Of a stretch of 64,000 bases of DNA, positions 9,937 through 17,226 are shown piece after piece. The notes below the pieces were generated by a model. It was given only the letters and a program-made list of their open reading frames with translations. It was not told where the DNA came from and did not search any database. Made by a program: the position numbers and the translations under genes. Position 1 is the stretch's first letter, and each line of letters starts with the position of its first letter. The stretch covers positions 186,001 to 250,000 of IMG/VR virus record IMGVR_UViG_3300023174_005338; one strand, written 5' to 3'.

Positions 9937-10308
9937 GTGCGTGACAAAAAGAAACTCACCGAAGAGCTGATAAAGCAACTGGATCCCGACCTGGGCGTCA
10001 CAGTCAAACAAGCCATGCAAACCTGGTGGTTCAACATAAGAAAAAACGGTGGTATGAGATTGACTGGGCCTGGTTACACAGTGTTCACAGAACAATTGGA
10101 TCTGGCACGCTACGAGTGGCCAATCCAGGATCCTCTGGCATTCAATCAACACATGATCCTGGATTTAGATAGGAAAATGCAGATGCCTTACTATATTTCA
10201 GCCACCAAAGGCATACCCAAAAAAATTGTGTTGTTTGGCAGCAAAGAAGCTGTCATGGTCAATCTCTATGGCAACCTACAACAATTTCTTGACAATTATA
10301 ACCCTTAG
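9937..10308 (+). CDS. Hypothetical phage protein
   Basis: GTG start right after the previous stop; in frame with track ORF 9841..10308. Confidence 0.6.
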   Translation: MRDKKKLTEELIKQLDPDLGVTVKQAMQTWWFNIRKNGGMRLTGPGYTVFTEQLDLARYEWPIQDPLAFNQHMILDLDRKMQMPYYISATKGIPKKIVLFGSKEAVMVNLYGNLQQFLDNYNP

Positions 10309-10317
10309 TGTTATAAT
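10289..10317 (+). promoter_or_regulatory. sigma70-type promoter for the CAU tRNA
   Basis: TTGACA-17 nt-TATAAT, 8 nt before the tRNA. Confidence 0.8.
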
Positions 10318-10325
10318 AAATTATT

Positions 10326-10413
10326 GGGCCGGACGCCGTATTGGTTGCAGGCAGCGGACTCATAATCCGCCTCAGAAATGACACTGTGGGTTCAAATCCC
10401 TCCCGGCCCACCA
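10326..10413 (+). tRNA. tRNA with CAT anticodon and long variable arm (Met/Ile2 by anticodon; charging identity uncertain)
   Basis: Acceptor GGGCCGG/CCGGCCC, A73, encoded CCA; anticodon arm GCGGA-CTCATAA-TCCGC; T arm GTGGG-TTCAAAT-CCCTC; 15 nt variable region. Confidence 0.85.
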
Positions 10414-10427
10414 GTTAAAAGATAAAT

Positions 10428-10610
10428 ATGATGATCGTGGAACAGCAAAAGAAGCCGCCCGTGGAACGTTACTACTACTCCGAAGACGAGTGGAGCAGGC
10501 TGGGCTGTGGTCCATTGCCGCCCGAACGAGATCGTGCCAGGCAGTTAGAAAATGTAGTGTCTCAAGGCAATCCCCGGATTGACGGCAAAAACATAAAAGG
10601 CTACAATTAA
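10428..10610 (+). CDS. Small hypothetical protein
   Basis: 60 aa ORF directly after GATAAATA. Confidence 0.55.
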   Translation: MMIVEQQKKPPVERYYYSEDEWSRLGCGPLPPERDRARQLENVVSQGNPRIDGKNIKGYN

Positions 10611-10611
10611 C

Positions 10612-10677
10612 ATGTGGTTGATATTTTTTGCCTTTATGGCCATAGTCATTTGTTATGGCATCATGTGGTTAAACTAA
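10612..10677 (+). CDS. Putative 21 aa hydrophobic micropeptide MWLIFFAFMAIVICYGIMWLN
   Basis: Manual translation; starts 2 nt after upstream stop; single TM-like. Confidence 0.35.
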   Translation: MWLIFFAFMAIVICYGIMWLN

Positions 10678-10696
10678 CATCTGGACGAACAATGAA

Positions 10697-10765
10697 ATGG
10701 AACAAGATTACAGTTTTGCCATTGGTGTAGTTGTGGTAGCTGTTATGTTCTTATTGATTTTATAG
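10697..10765 (+). CDS. Putative 22 aa hydrophobic micropeptide MEQDYSFAIGVVVVAVMFLLIL
   Basis: Manual translation; TM-like C-terminus; weak RBS. Confidence 0.4.
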   Translation: MEQDYSFAIGVVVVAVMFLLIL

Positions 10766-10814
10766 TTTCCACGTTCTTAAAACGTGGTGGTAGGACGGGC
10801 CGCAGGAGACAAGC

Positions 10815-10880
10815 ATGGAAGAATTTCAAAAACGGACATTGATTCTGGTGTTGTTGGCTTTCCATGCCATGACTATGTAG
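10815..10880 (+). CDS. Putative 21 aa micropeptide MEEFQKRTLILVLLAFHAMTM
   Basis: Manual translation; AGGAG RBS 6 nt before ATG. Confidence 0.45.
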   Translation: MEEFQKRTLILVLLAFHAMTM

Positions 10881-10886
10881 AATTGG

Positions 10887-10915
10887 TTGACACATAAATA
10901 GGTGTGTCGTATAAT
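10887..10915 (+). promoter_or_regulatory. sigma70-type promoter for tmRNA, with embedded CATAAATA
   Basis: TTGACA-17 nt-TATAAT; CATAAATA at 10893-10900. Confidence 0.8.
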
Positions 10916-10921
10916 AACGAT

Positions 10922-11177
10922 ATTGTTGTAATTCCTTCCAAGTGAAGGCGCTGTGGACCTGGGTGCAACTCCCAGCATCTCCACCCAAGTGTATTGTCTA
11001 GTATGTTTGGGCGGGGATGAATTAGGATCGACATGGTGAGCTAGTGCGGACGGCAACAGGCAAGGCGAAGGACCTAATCCTAGCAACTCTATTAAATGCA
11101 AACGCATCTAATGACGAGACCTTTGCCTTAGCGGCATGATCTCCGGGGCAACTATGCCTTGTGACCCAAACTAGTTC
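10922..11177 (+). ncRNA. ssrA: tmRNA, circularly permuted (two-piece); tag ANASNDETFALAA
   Basis: T arm CTGGG-TGCAACT-CCCAG and 3' acceptor CATCTCC-A (10959-10983) precede the 5' acceptor GGGGATG (11013-11019); G3.U70; tag frame 11098-11139; outer ends approximate. Confidence 0.9.
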
Positions 11178-11206
11178 AAAAAAAGCGACAGAAATGTCGC
11201 TTTTTT
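11178..11206 (+). terminator. Intrinsic terminator after tmRNA
   Basis: A7-GCGACA-GAAA-TGTCGC-T6. Confidence 0.85.
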
Positions 11207-11281
11207 GTTGACCTATGTCTACAATTACTAAATACTGGGTTGAGAAATCTCTCAGCATTCTTTTAAAAGGAAAATTCAAGC

Positions 11282-12403
11282 ATGAAAAAACTACTAGCAA
11301 CTATGTTGTTATCTCTTGGCGTAGCCACTTTGGCTCAAGCTCAGAGTTCAGTTACCATTTATGGTATCTTGGATGTGGGTTTCAGTGATAGAAATCTCAA
11401 AGGTTCTCCAGCAACAGCCACAAACACTCTCAACTCCAATCAGATTGGATCCAGCTACGAAACCGCTAGCCGTCTTGGTTTTCGAGGCACAGAGGATTTG
11501 GGCGGCGGCACTTCTGCATTCTTTACCATTGAAACTGGCCTGACACCAACCAGCTCCACAGTAAGCACATTCAATAATCGTCAAACATTTATTGGTCTTG
11601 GACAAAAAGGACTGGGTAATGTAGCCGTTGGTACACAGTATGGTCCAATCCACAAGGCTGTTGGTGTAACTGATCCAGGCCAGTACAACGGAGTTATTGG
11701 TTCGGTGATCTATCCAGCTGCTGGCACCGACGGTGGCCAAGCAAGTGTTGATGCGGCCTACACGATTCGTTTCGCGAATAGCGTGACAGCAACCATGGAT
11801 CGTCGTGCAGGCTTCAGTGCCAACGCGATCTACTCGCTCAACAACCAAGACAGCACCAAAACAGGTGCAACTACTGGTGGCACAGTCAACAACAACGCCT
11901 ATGGTCTTGGTGCTGACTACCTCATGGGTAAATTGTATGCTACCTTAGCATATCAAAGTGTCAAAAGCATCAACGACACATCAGCCACTGCCAGTGTTAG
12001 CTCGGCATTTGTTGGTACCAACACCACAGACAGCCAGCTTTATGCAGGTGCCACATATGATTTGGCCAAGGTCAAATTGTTTGCAGGTTACACTGATCGC
12101 AAGATCCAGAGCAATTTGAACAGCAATGCTAGTTTGAATCGTACAGCACAGCAGATTGGTGTACGTGGTTTCGTTACCAAGAAAGTTGAAGGTTGGGCTT
12201 CTGTGGGCAACGGCAAGTACAATGCATTTGGTACAAACCAAGCCACAGCCAACTTCACAGCTTACCAAGTTGGTAGCAACTACTGGATGAGCAAGCGCAC
12301 GAACTTGTATGCTATCGTAGGTAGCACACAAACTTCAAGCACAAGCCAAACCGGCGCACTCAGTGGCAACCAGTATGCCTTAGGCATGCGTCACACATTC
12401 TGA
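11282..12403 (+). CDS. Gram-negative outer-membrane porin, betaproteobacterial type
   Basis: Signal peptide ...AQA, SSVTIYGILDVG, SRLGFRGTEDLGGG, NNRQTFIGL, C-terminal GMRHTF. Confidence 0.9.
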   Translation: MKKLLATMLLSLGVATLAQAQSSVTIYGILDVGFSDRNLKGSPATATNTLNSNQIGSSYETASRLGFRGTEDLGGGTSAFFTIETGLTPTSSTVSTFNNRQTFIGLGQKGLGNVAVGTQYGPIHKAVGVTDPGQYNGVIGSVIYPAAGTDGGQASVDAAYTIRFANSVTATMDRRAGFSANAIYSLNNQDSTKTGATTGGTVNNNAYGLGADYLMGKLYATLAYQSVKSINDTSATASVSSAFVGTNTTDSQLYAGATYDLAKVKLFAGYTDRKIQSNLNSNASLNRTAQQIGVRGFVTKKVEGWASVGNGKYNAFGTNQATANFTAYQVGSNYWMSKRTNLYAIVGSTQTSSTSQTGALSGNQYALGMRHTF

Positions 12404-12422
12404 TAGTTGGATCATTAGGAAT

Positions 12423-12448
12423 AAAAAAGCTCCCGAAGGAGCTTTTTT
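12423..12448 (+). terminator. Intrinsic terminator after porin
   Basis: A6-GCTCC-CGAA-GGAGC-T6. Confidence 0.85.
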
Positions 12449-12465
12449 ATTTGATAAGTATTTGC

Positions 12466-13311
12466 ATGATTGATATTGTTACTGTAGTATTCAATGAAGA
12501 ATTACCTATTCTTGAAGTGCAGGCACAAAGTATAGAATTATATTGTCAAAATCTTGGCATCAAAAATATCTATGTAGTAGTGAATGATCATGATCCAGTG
12601 GCTGATCAAATCTATAAAGACTGGTGGGGCCAACTAAAAGATTGTGTGCAAATAGTACCCAGATCCCAATTTGGTTGCCGATTTGTAGACAATGGCTGGG
12701 TCAGTCAGCAGGCATTGAAGTTGTTGGGAGCCTCCCTAAGTCAAAATTCCTGGAGTCTGATTTTGGATGCAAAAACAATCATAACCGATCAAGTTTACCC
12801 AGATATTTTTGTAGAGGACAACAACAAACTGCGATTGAAAACACACAAGGTGTTGCCGGTGTTTTTGCCGTCGGCAAAAATTGCAGGAGAATTGTTTGGT
12901 ATTGAGGTTGAGAGTGTTCCAGAGCCCAGCGGCGTTCCATTTATATTCCACAACTCCACAGTTAGAGAACTTGTTGATCTGGTAAGTCAACTTACCGGGG
13001 AGAAGTTTGCAGAATGGTTTCAAGATCAGGGCATTTTGACCGAATTTATACTGTACGGTGCTTACGTTCAATACAAACACGGCGCCCTTGATCAGATTTA
13101 TACAGGAACTAATCAAAAAAAATTATCTGGAAACATTTGCCATTCCGAAATCAAGCTGTTTGATCAAAAACTACAACAATCAAATACACTAACTCCGCTG
13201 ACCATCGGAGTGCATAGGCGAGCGTGGGCACAGTTGACTAAACAACAAAAAAAATCTTACGTGGATTATTTGCTTAGTCGCAATATCAGCAAGGCACAGA
13301 TATTGTTATGA
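12466..13311 (+). CDS. Hypothetical protein, possibly GT-A-like
   Basis: IDIVTVVF N-terminal strand, GWVSQQALKL, LILDAK (DxD-like). Confidence 0.5.
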   Translation: MIDIVTVVFNEELPILEVQAQSIELYCQNLGIKNIYVVVNDHDPVADQIYKDWWGQLKDCVQIVPRSQFGCRFVDNGWVSQQALKLLGASLSQNSWSLILDAKTIITDQVYPDIFVEDNNKLRLKTHKVLPVFLPSAKIAGELFGIEVESVPEPSGVPFIFHNSTVRELVDLVSQLTGEKFAEWFQDQGILTEFILYGAYVQYKHGALDQIYTGTNQKKLSGNICHSEIKLFDQKLQQSNTLTPLTIGVHRRAWAQLTKQQKKSYVDYLLSRNISKAQILL

Positions 13312-13826
13312 AAGCCTTGGTCATGGTGGCACATCCTGACGACTGTGTGATATTTGCCTACAGTTTCATACACAACCATCCCGACTATGAGTGGACCATA
13401 TGTTACCTTACCTACTGTGAGTGGGAACCACGAGCACAAGAATTTCGACAGTTTTGGAATCTCAGAAACATACCAACAATATTCCTGGGCTATCGAGATG
13501 ATTATAGAGATATCGAAAATAAAAAAATCAGCTTTGATGAAGCACAGGCTCGCAAAGAAATCAACAATATTATTTTGAATTATGATTTGATACTCACCCA
13601 TGATGAACACGGTGACTACGGACATTTACATCATGTTTTTGTCAATCAGGCCACAGCAGAACATCCATACCGTATGACTTTTGCAGGGCCCGGACAGGGC
13701 ACTGTTAAATACTCAGTGGAACCAGGTGCCTACAGTCTAGATGAATTGCCCTTGCACAGAGATGTAATTGCTGGATTTCATTCAAACACACATACCAACG
13801 AATACAACACATGCAAAAACACCTAA
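13308..13826 (+). CDS. PIG-L/LmbE-family deacetylase
   Basis: VAHPDD and THDEHGDYGHLHH metal-binding motifs. Confidence 0.8.
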   Translation: MKALVMVAHPDDCVIFAYSFIHNHPDYEWTICYLTYCEWEPRAQEFRQFWNLRNIPTIFLGYRDDYRDIENKKISFDEAQARKEINNIILNYDLILTHDEHGDYGHLHHVFVNQATAEHPYRMTFAGPGQGTVKYSVEPGAYSLDELPLHRDVIAGFHSNTHTNEYNTCKNT

Positions 13827-14626
13827 TGGTAGCAGGCTGTAGTTACAGCGCACCCAGTCAAAGTCTTCCTGGCACCAGCTGGAGTGAAGTGCTGGCCGAG
13901 CGTCTGGGTTGGCGGTTGACCAACTTGGCTCGTCAAGGATGCAGCAACGGAGGAATCCGAATACAGATAGAGGAAATACGCCGGCAACGTCCAGACTTTG
14001 CCATAGTGACTCCTACCTTTTGGGATCGCATGGAGATACCTGCACATGGTGCCGCTTATGACTGGGACAAATCACAGACTCACAACCAAAATTCACTGCA
14101 AGATCATCTTCAAGATCGCACCATTGGTAATGGATACAACAAAGATGCTGGCATCCGAAATGTTAATTATGGCACAAAACCCAGCAACATGATCTGTGAA
14201 ACTATTTTCACACTGTCGCAAAATGGATCACATCCATATCGTTTGGGATTAATTCCGCGTGAGACTCAAACAGCAGTCAAACATTACATAGATCAACTGT
14301 ATGACAGCAACTGGAAAAAACAACAAGACGAATGGATCATGGTCGAGGGCGTGTTACAAATGTATTTTGATGGCTTGGCATTTTTTGTACAGCCCAGTCT
14401 GCTATGGCCATGGAATCCCAACAATGTCACGCAGTGGCGTCAAGCGTTCCCCAGCGTGTTGCCCGATCGATATATCATGCTCAATGAGCCAGAAAGTGTA
14501 TTGCCGCTAACTGGTAACAACACATTCACTGACCAGGATCCTGGATACCACGGCAGTCCTCGCAGTCAAGAGCTCATAGCTGAAAATTGGCATAGACGCA
14601 TAACCCAGGATCATGGCATACAATAA
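13811..14626 (+). CDS. SGNH-like hypothetical protein
   Basis: VAGCSYS, NLARQGCSN, C-terminal DPGYH. Confidence 0.5.
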   Translation: MQKHLMVAGCSYSAPSQSLPGTSWSEVLAERLGWRLTNLARQGCSNGGIRIQIEEIRRQRPDFAIVTPTFWDRMEIPAHGAAYDWDKSQTHNQNSLQDHLQDRTIGNGYNKDAGIRNVNYGTKPSNMICETIFTLSQNGSHPYRLGLIPRETQTAVKHYIDQLYDSNWKKQQDEWIMVEGVLQMYFDGLAFFVQPSLLWPWNPNNVTQWRQAFPSVLPDRYIMLNEPESVLPLTGNNTFTDQDPGYHGSPRSQELIAENWHRRITQDHGIQ

Positions 14627-15332
14627 CCTTGTGGTCAATGGTTGCAGTTACATGCAGGCCTATGCCCAGGGCGGCGGGCATCAAGACCTAGCGCAACGCC
14701 TGAATATTCCCGAGTCTCAAAGTTTGGCCATTGGTGGCAGTGCAAATACCAGAATAATGCGTACTGTTCTAAAACACAGTTATCTGGCCAATGAACCTAC
14801 ATTTTATGTCTTGGGAATGACCTTTCTGAGTCGTCTCGAAGTTCCGATTCTCAAAGATTTGTCAGACTTTGAAGGGCGATGGATCAACCCACAGAATCAA
14901 GAATTCAAAGATCGTTGGGAACACCACTGGACTGATCAAGACAGCAAGCTCTTTGTTGAAATCAAACTAAAAACAGAAGTGTACAGCATACTGGATCGAC
15001 TAGAAGATTTACAATATCGAATGTTATCCTTGGTTCGCGATCTTCGCAGTAGAGGACATGGGGTTATCATATATCAACAGGCCGATAATCTTTATCAAGA
15101 ATTTTTGGATAGTTCTAAAATGGCACCGATTGCAACATCCCCAGAAATCGTTCTCGGGTATCGCTGGCGAGCTGTGGCATGGCAGTCAGAAAATGGTGTA
15201 CCACCAATGGATTATGGCACTAACCCTCCACACAATGTACCAGCAGACATGCATCACCCAGCACCAGGACATCATCAAAAACTAAATGAGTTTTTGACTA
15301 ATTACATATCTGATCAAGGCTTGTTAAAATAA
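14613..15332 (+). CDS. SGNH-like hypothetical protein
   Basis: VNGCSYM, AIGGSAN, DMHHPAPGHH. Confidence 0.5.
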   Translation: MAYNNLVVNGCSYMQAYAQGGGHQDLAQRLNIPESQSLAIGGSANTRIMRTVLKHSYLANEPTFYVLGMTFLSRLEVPILKDLSDFEGRWINPQNQEFKDRWEHHWTDQDSKLFVEIKLKTEVYSILDRLEDLQYRMLSLVRDLRSRGHGVIIYQQADNLYQEFLDSSKMAPIATSPEIVLGYRWRAVAWQSENGVPPMDYGTNPPHNVPADMHHPAPGHHQKLNEFLTNYISDQGLLK

Positions 15333-16340
15333 TCAGCGACCGCCGCAACTGTTCACACATCCATATAATCGACCTTCGGCTATGCTATTTTTTGCCCAGG
15401 TCGCCTCTACACTGTTAAACCAAGCAACACAATGTTCAAGATCGTATTCTAATGCATTATTTTCCTTGATCAAGGGCAACAACTGTTGGTTACCTGGATG
15501 TGTCATTTGTCCTGGATAGAATCCCAAAAAGCAACAAGGATAAACTGACCCGTCGGCAGCTATGTATATTTCTTTCAAACGCTTGTGGTGACAAGTCAGT
15601 TGTAAAGGCATGGTATCTTTGTCAGATTTAATTGTGCGGGGATCAAACCACGTGATATGACTCTCCAGGAGATCTTTGACCGGTGGCGGATTTTGCCGCT
15701 CATGATCAGTGTAAGGTTGTCCTAACCAATGACTGAATTCTCCGGTGCGAGCGTACACTGGTCCACGATTGCGTCCTTCATCAATGTTTTCAAATCCAGC
15801 GAATCCCAAGTCCAGAGACAATTTCTTACAGGCCGCTTCCTGATGGCGATTGTGATCAAATGGAATAAATCTCCAGACAGCGTGGCCACCGGCTGCAATA
15901 AAAGCCTGAGCATTTGCAATCACAGTGTGCCAATTGGTGTCTTGTCTGTACACATCGTGCGTGTCAGCCAGACCGTCCAGGGCAAATCCAATCCGCACAC
16001 CAGGCCTGGCCAAGGAAGCCCACCATTCTGGAGTGCGCATGCTGCCGTTGGAGTTGATATACACCGGCACACCCTGATCGCAGAGATAGTGTACAATTTC
16101 ATGAGCATCATGTGCCAGACCAAAATCTCCCAAATTACCATTGAAGCTGATACCTCTACTGAGTTGTTGTAAAAAATCTGGTTTCAATATGTGCTTGATG
16201 TTGTCCAAGGTCAACTCGGTCACAGGATACCCACCATTGTAATCGTATCCGCGATAGTTTCTCATGCACATGGGGCAACGAGCATTACAACGGGTGGTCA
16301 ATTCTATTTGAATCTGACAAATGTCAGCGAGTTCGAGCAT
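15333..16340 (-). CDS. Radical SAM protein with C-terminal SPASM/twitch-like domain
   Basis: CNARCPMC; C-terminal C...[13 protein letters not shown]...CVNSC; start MLELAD at 16340 lies 5 nt after a TATAAATA (16353-16346). Confidence 0.85.
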   Translation of the reverse strand: MLELADICQIQIELTTRCNARCPMCMRNYRGYDYNGGYPVTELTLDNIKHILKPDFLQQLSRGISFNGNLGDFGLAHDAHEIVHYLCDQGVPVYINSNGSMRTPEWWASLARPGVRIGFALDGLADTHDVYRQDTNWHTVIANAQAFIAAGGHAVWRFIPFDHNRHQEAACKKLSLDLGFAGFENIDEGRNRGPVYARTGEFSHWLGQPYTDHERQNPPPVKDLLESHITWFDPRTIKSDKDTMPLQLTCHHKRLKEIYIAADGSVYPCCFLGFYPGQMTHPGNQQLLPLIKENNALEYDLEHCVAWFNSVEATWAKNSIAEGRLYGCVNSCGGR

Positions 16341-16363
16341 AGAGATATTTATAAAATGGGTGG

Positions 16364-16392
16364 TTGACAAGGTATAAATACCTGTTTATAAT
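16364..16392 (+). promoter_or_regulatory. sigma70-type promoter with embedded TATAAATA, driving the putative attenuator leader
   Basis: TTGACA-17 nt-TATAAT; TATAAATA at 16373-16380. Confidence 0.8.
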
Positions 16393-16398
16393 ACTATT

Positions 16399-16497
16399 AT
16401 GTTGAATCGCACTGTGACCCATCTCGTACCACAGCCCAATTTCAGCGGGAGTGTCGTACTATGGACAATTTGCGAAGAATGGGATTCAGGGTATTGA
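16399..16497 (+). CDS. Putative attenuator leader peptide MLNRTVTHLVPQPNFSGSVVLWTICEEWDSGY
   Basis: ATG at predicted +1; stop codon lies in the antiterminator 5' strand. Confidence 0.6.
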   Translation: MLNRTVTHLVPQPNFSGSVVLWTICEEWDSGY

Positions 16498-16560
16498 ATA
16501 GTATAAAACATCATACGATATTCGAAACCCTGGAACTCGACACTCCGGGGTTTTTTATTT
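16485..16560 (+). terminator. Attenuator: mutually exclusive antiterminator and terminator
   Basis: Terminator AAACCCTGGA/TCCGGGGTTT + T tract (16525-16560); TTCAGGGT (16485-16492) can alternatively pair with ACCCTGGA (16527-16534). Confidence 0.7.
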
Positions 16561-16577
16561 TATAGAGAAAGGATAAC

Positions 16578-16751
16578 ATGTCGATTGATTACACAAAATT
16601 AAACGATCAAATTGTGAAACAGGCTTGGGACTACAACACAGCTTTTTTGAATCAAAAGCAGGTAGAAAAACTGTTTCAGAACAAGATTGATCGTGCGGCC
16701 GCAATGATTCGGGCTCGCGAGCAATTTGAAAAGTTAAACGAGGAAAATTAA
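16578..16751 (+). CDS. 57 aa hypothetical protein (MSIDYTKLNDQ...), first gene after the attenuator
   Basis: Manual translation; RBS AAAGGA. Confidence 0.65.
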   Translation: MSIDYTKLNDQIVKQAWDYNTAFLNQKQVEKLFQNKIDRAAAMIRAREQFEKLNEEN

Positions 16752-16904
16752 TCGCTTGAGTGGTTGCAGGCAACGAGGGCCTGTGTTACACTATAACTAA
16801 CACAAACGGGCGGGCACTAGGATGGAGTTCTTATTGTAGAACAAAAAATCAGTGTATAGTAAAGCACATTGGATGGACTAAGAGAAAGTTTGCCGACGGG
16901 CAAT

Positions 16905-16932
16905 GTAGGTTCAACTCCGTCACCCGCAACCA
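16905..16932 (+). pseudogene. Degenerate tRNA 3' remnant resembling initiator tRNA end
   Basis: GGTTCAACTCCGTCACCCGCAACCA; broken T stem, no matching 5' half at normal distance. Confidence 0.35.
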
Positions 16933-16933
16933 A

Positions 16934-17095
16934 TTATGATCTAGGACGGCAGGTGGCAAAGGCTGTCACAGCAGGGTCACGGAAGTTGAGGCCGTTGCTG
17001 AGTTGTTGACATATGGCAGCAGTGGACACTGGTTGTTCCAGTCGACGGACGAGGTCGCCGTTGAAGTAAACAAATAAGGTTAAAATGTATTCCAT
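16934..17095 (-). CDS. 53 aa hypothetical protein (MEYILTLFVYFNG...C...C)
   Basis: Manual translation; AGGAG RBS; hydrophobic N-terminus and two Cys. Confidence 0.6.
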   Translation of the reverse strand: MEYILTLFVYFNGDLVRRLEQPVSTAAICQQLSNGLNFRDPAVTAFATCRPRS

Positions 17096-17226
17096 GTGTA
17101 TAACTCCTAGTAATATATATCACATTGTATATGTGATTTTTGTAGGGATGCTATACATTTTTGTTATAAGTTTATGTCATGACAAAATATTTTTTTGAAA
17201 AATCATCCTTATAAGTAAATTTATAT

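Noticed and set aside
16805-16932. Functional tRNA (fMet- or Leu-like)
   Set aside because: T stem does not pair, anticodon loop is non-canonical, and the only acceptor-like 5' strand is about 124 nt away; kept only as a remnant.
16934-17095. Plus strand looked like a multi-hairpin ncRNA with an SRP-like GGAA loop
   Set aside because: Lacks the SRP helix-8 AGCAG motif; better explained by a 53 aa minus-strand ORF with an AGGAG RBS.
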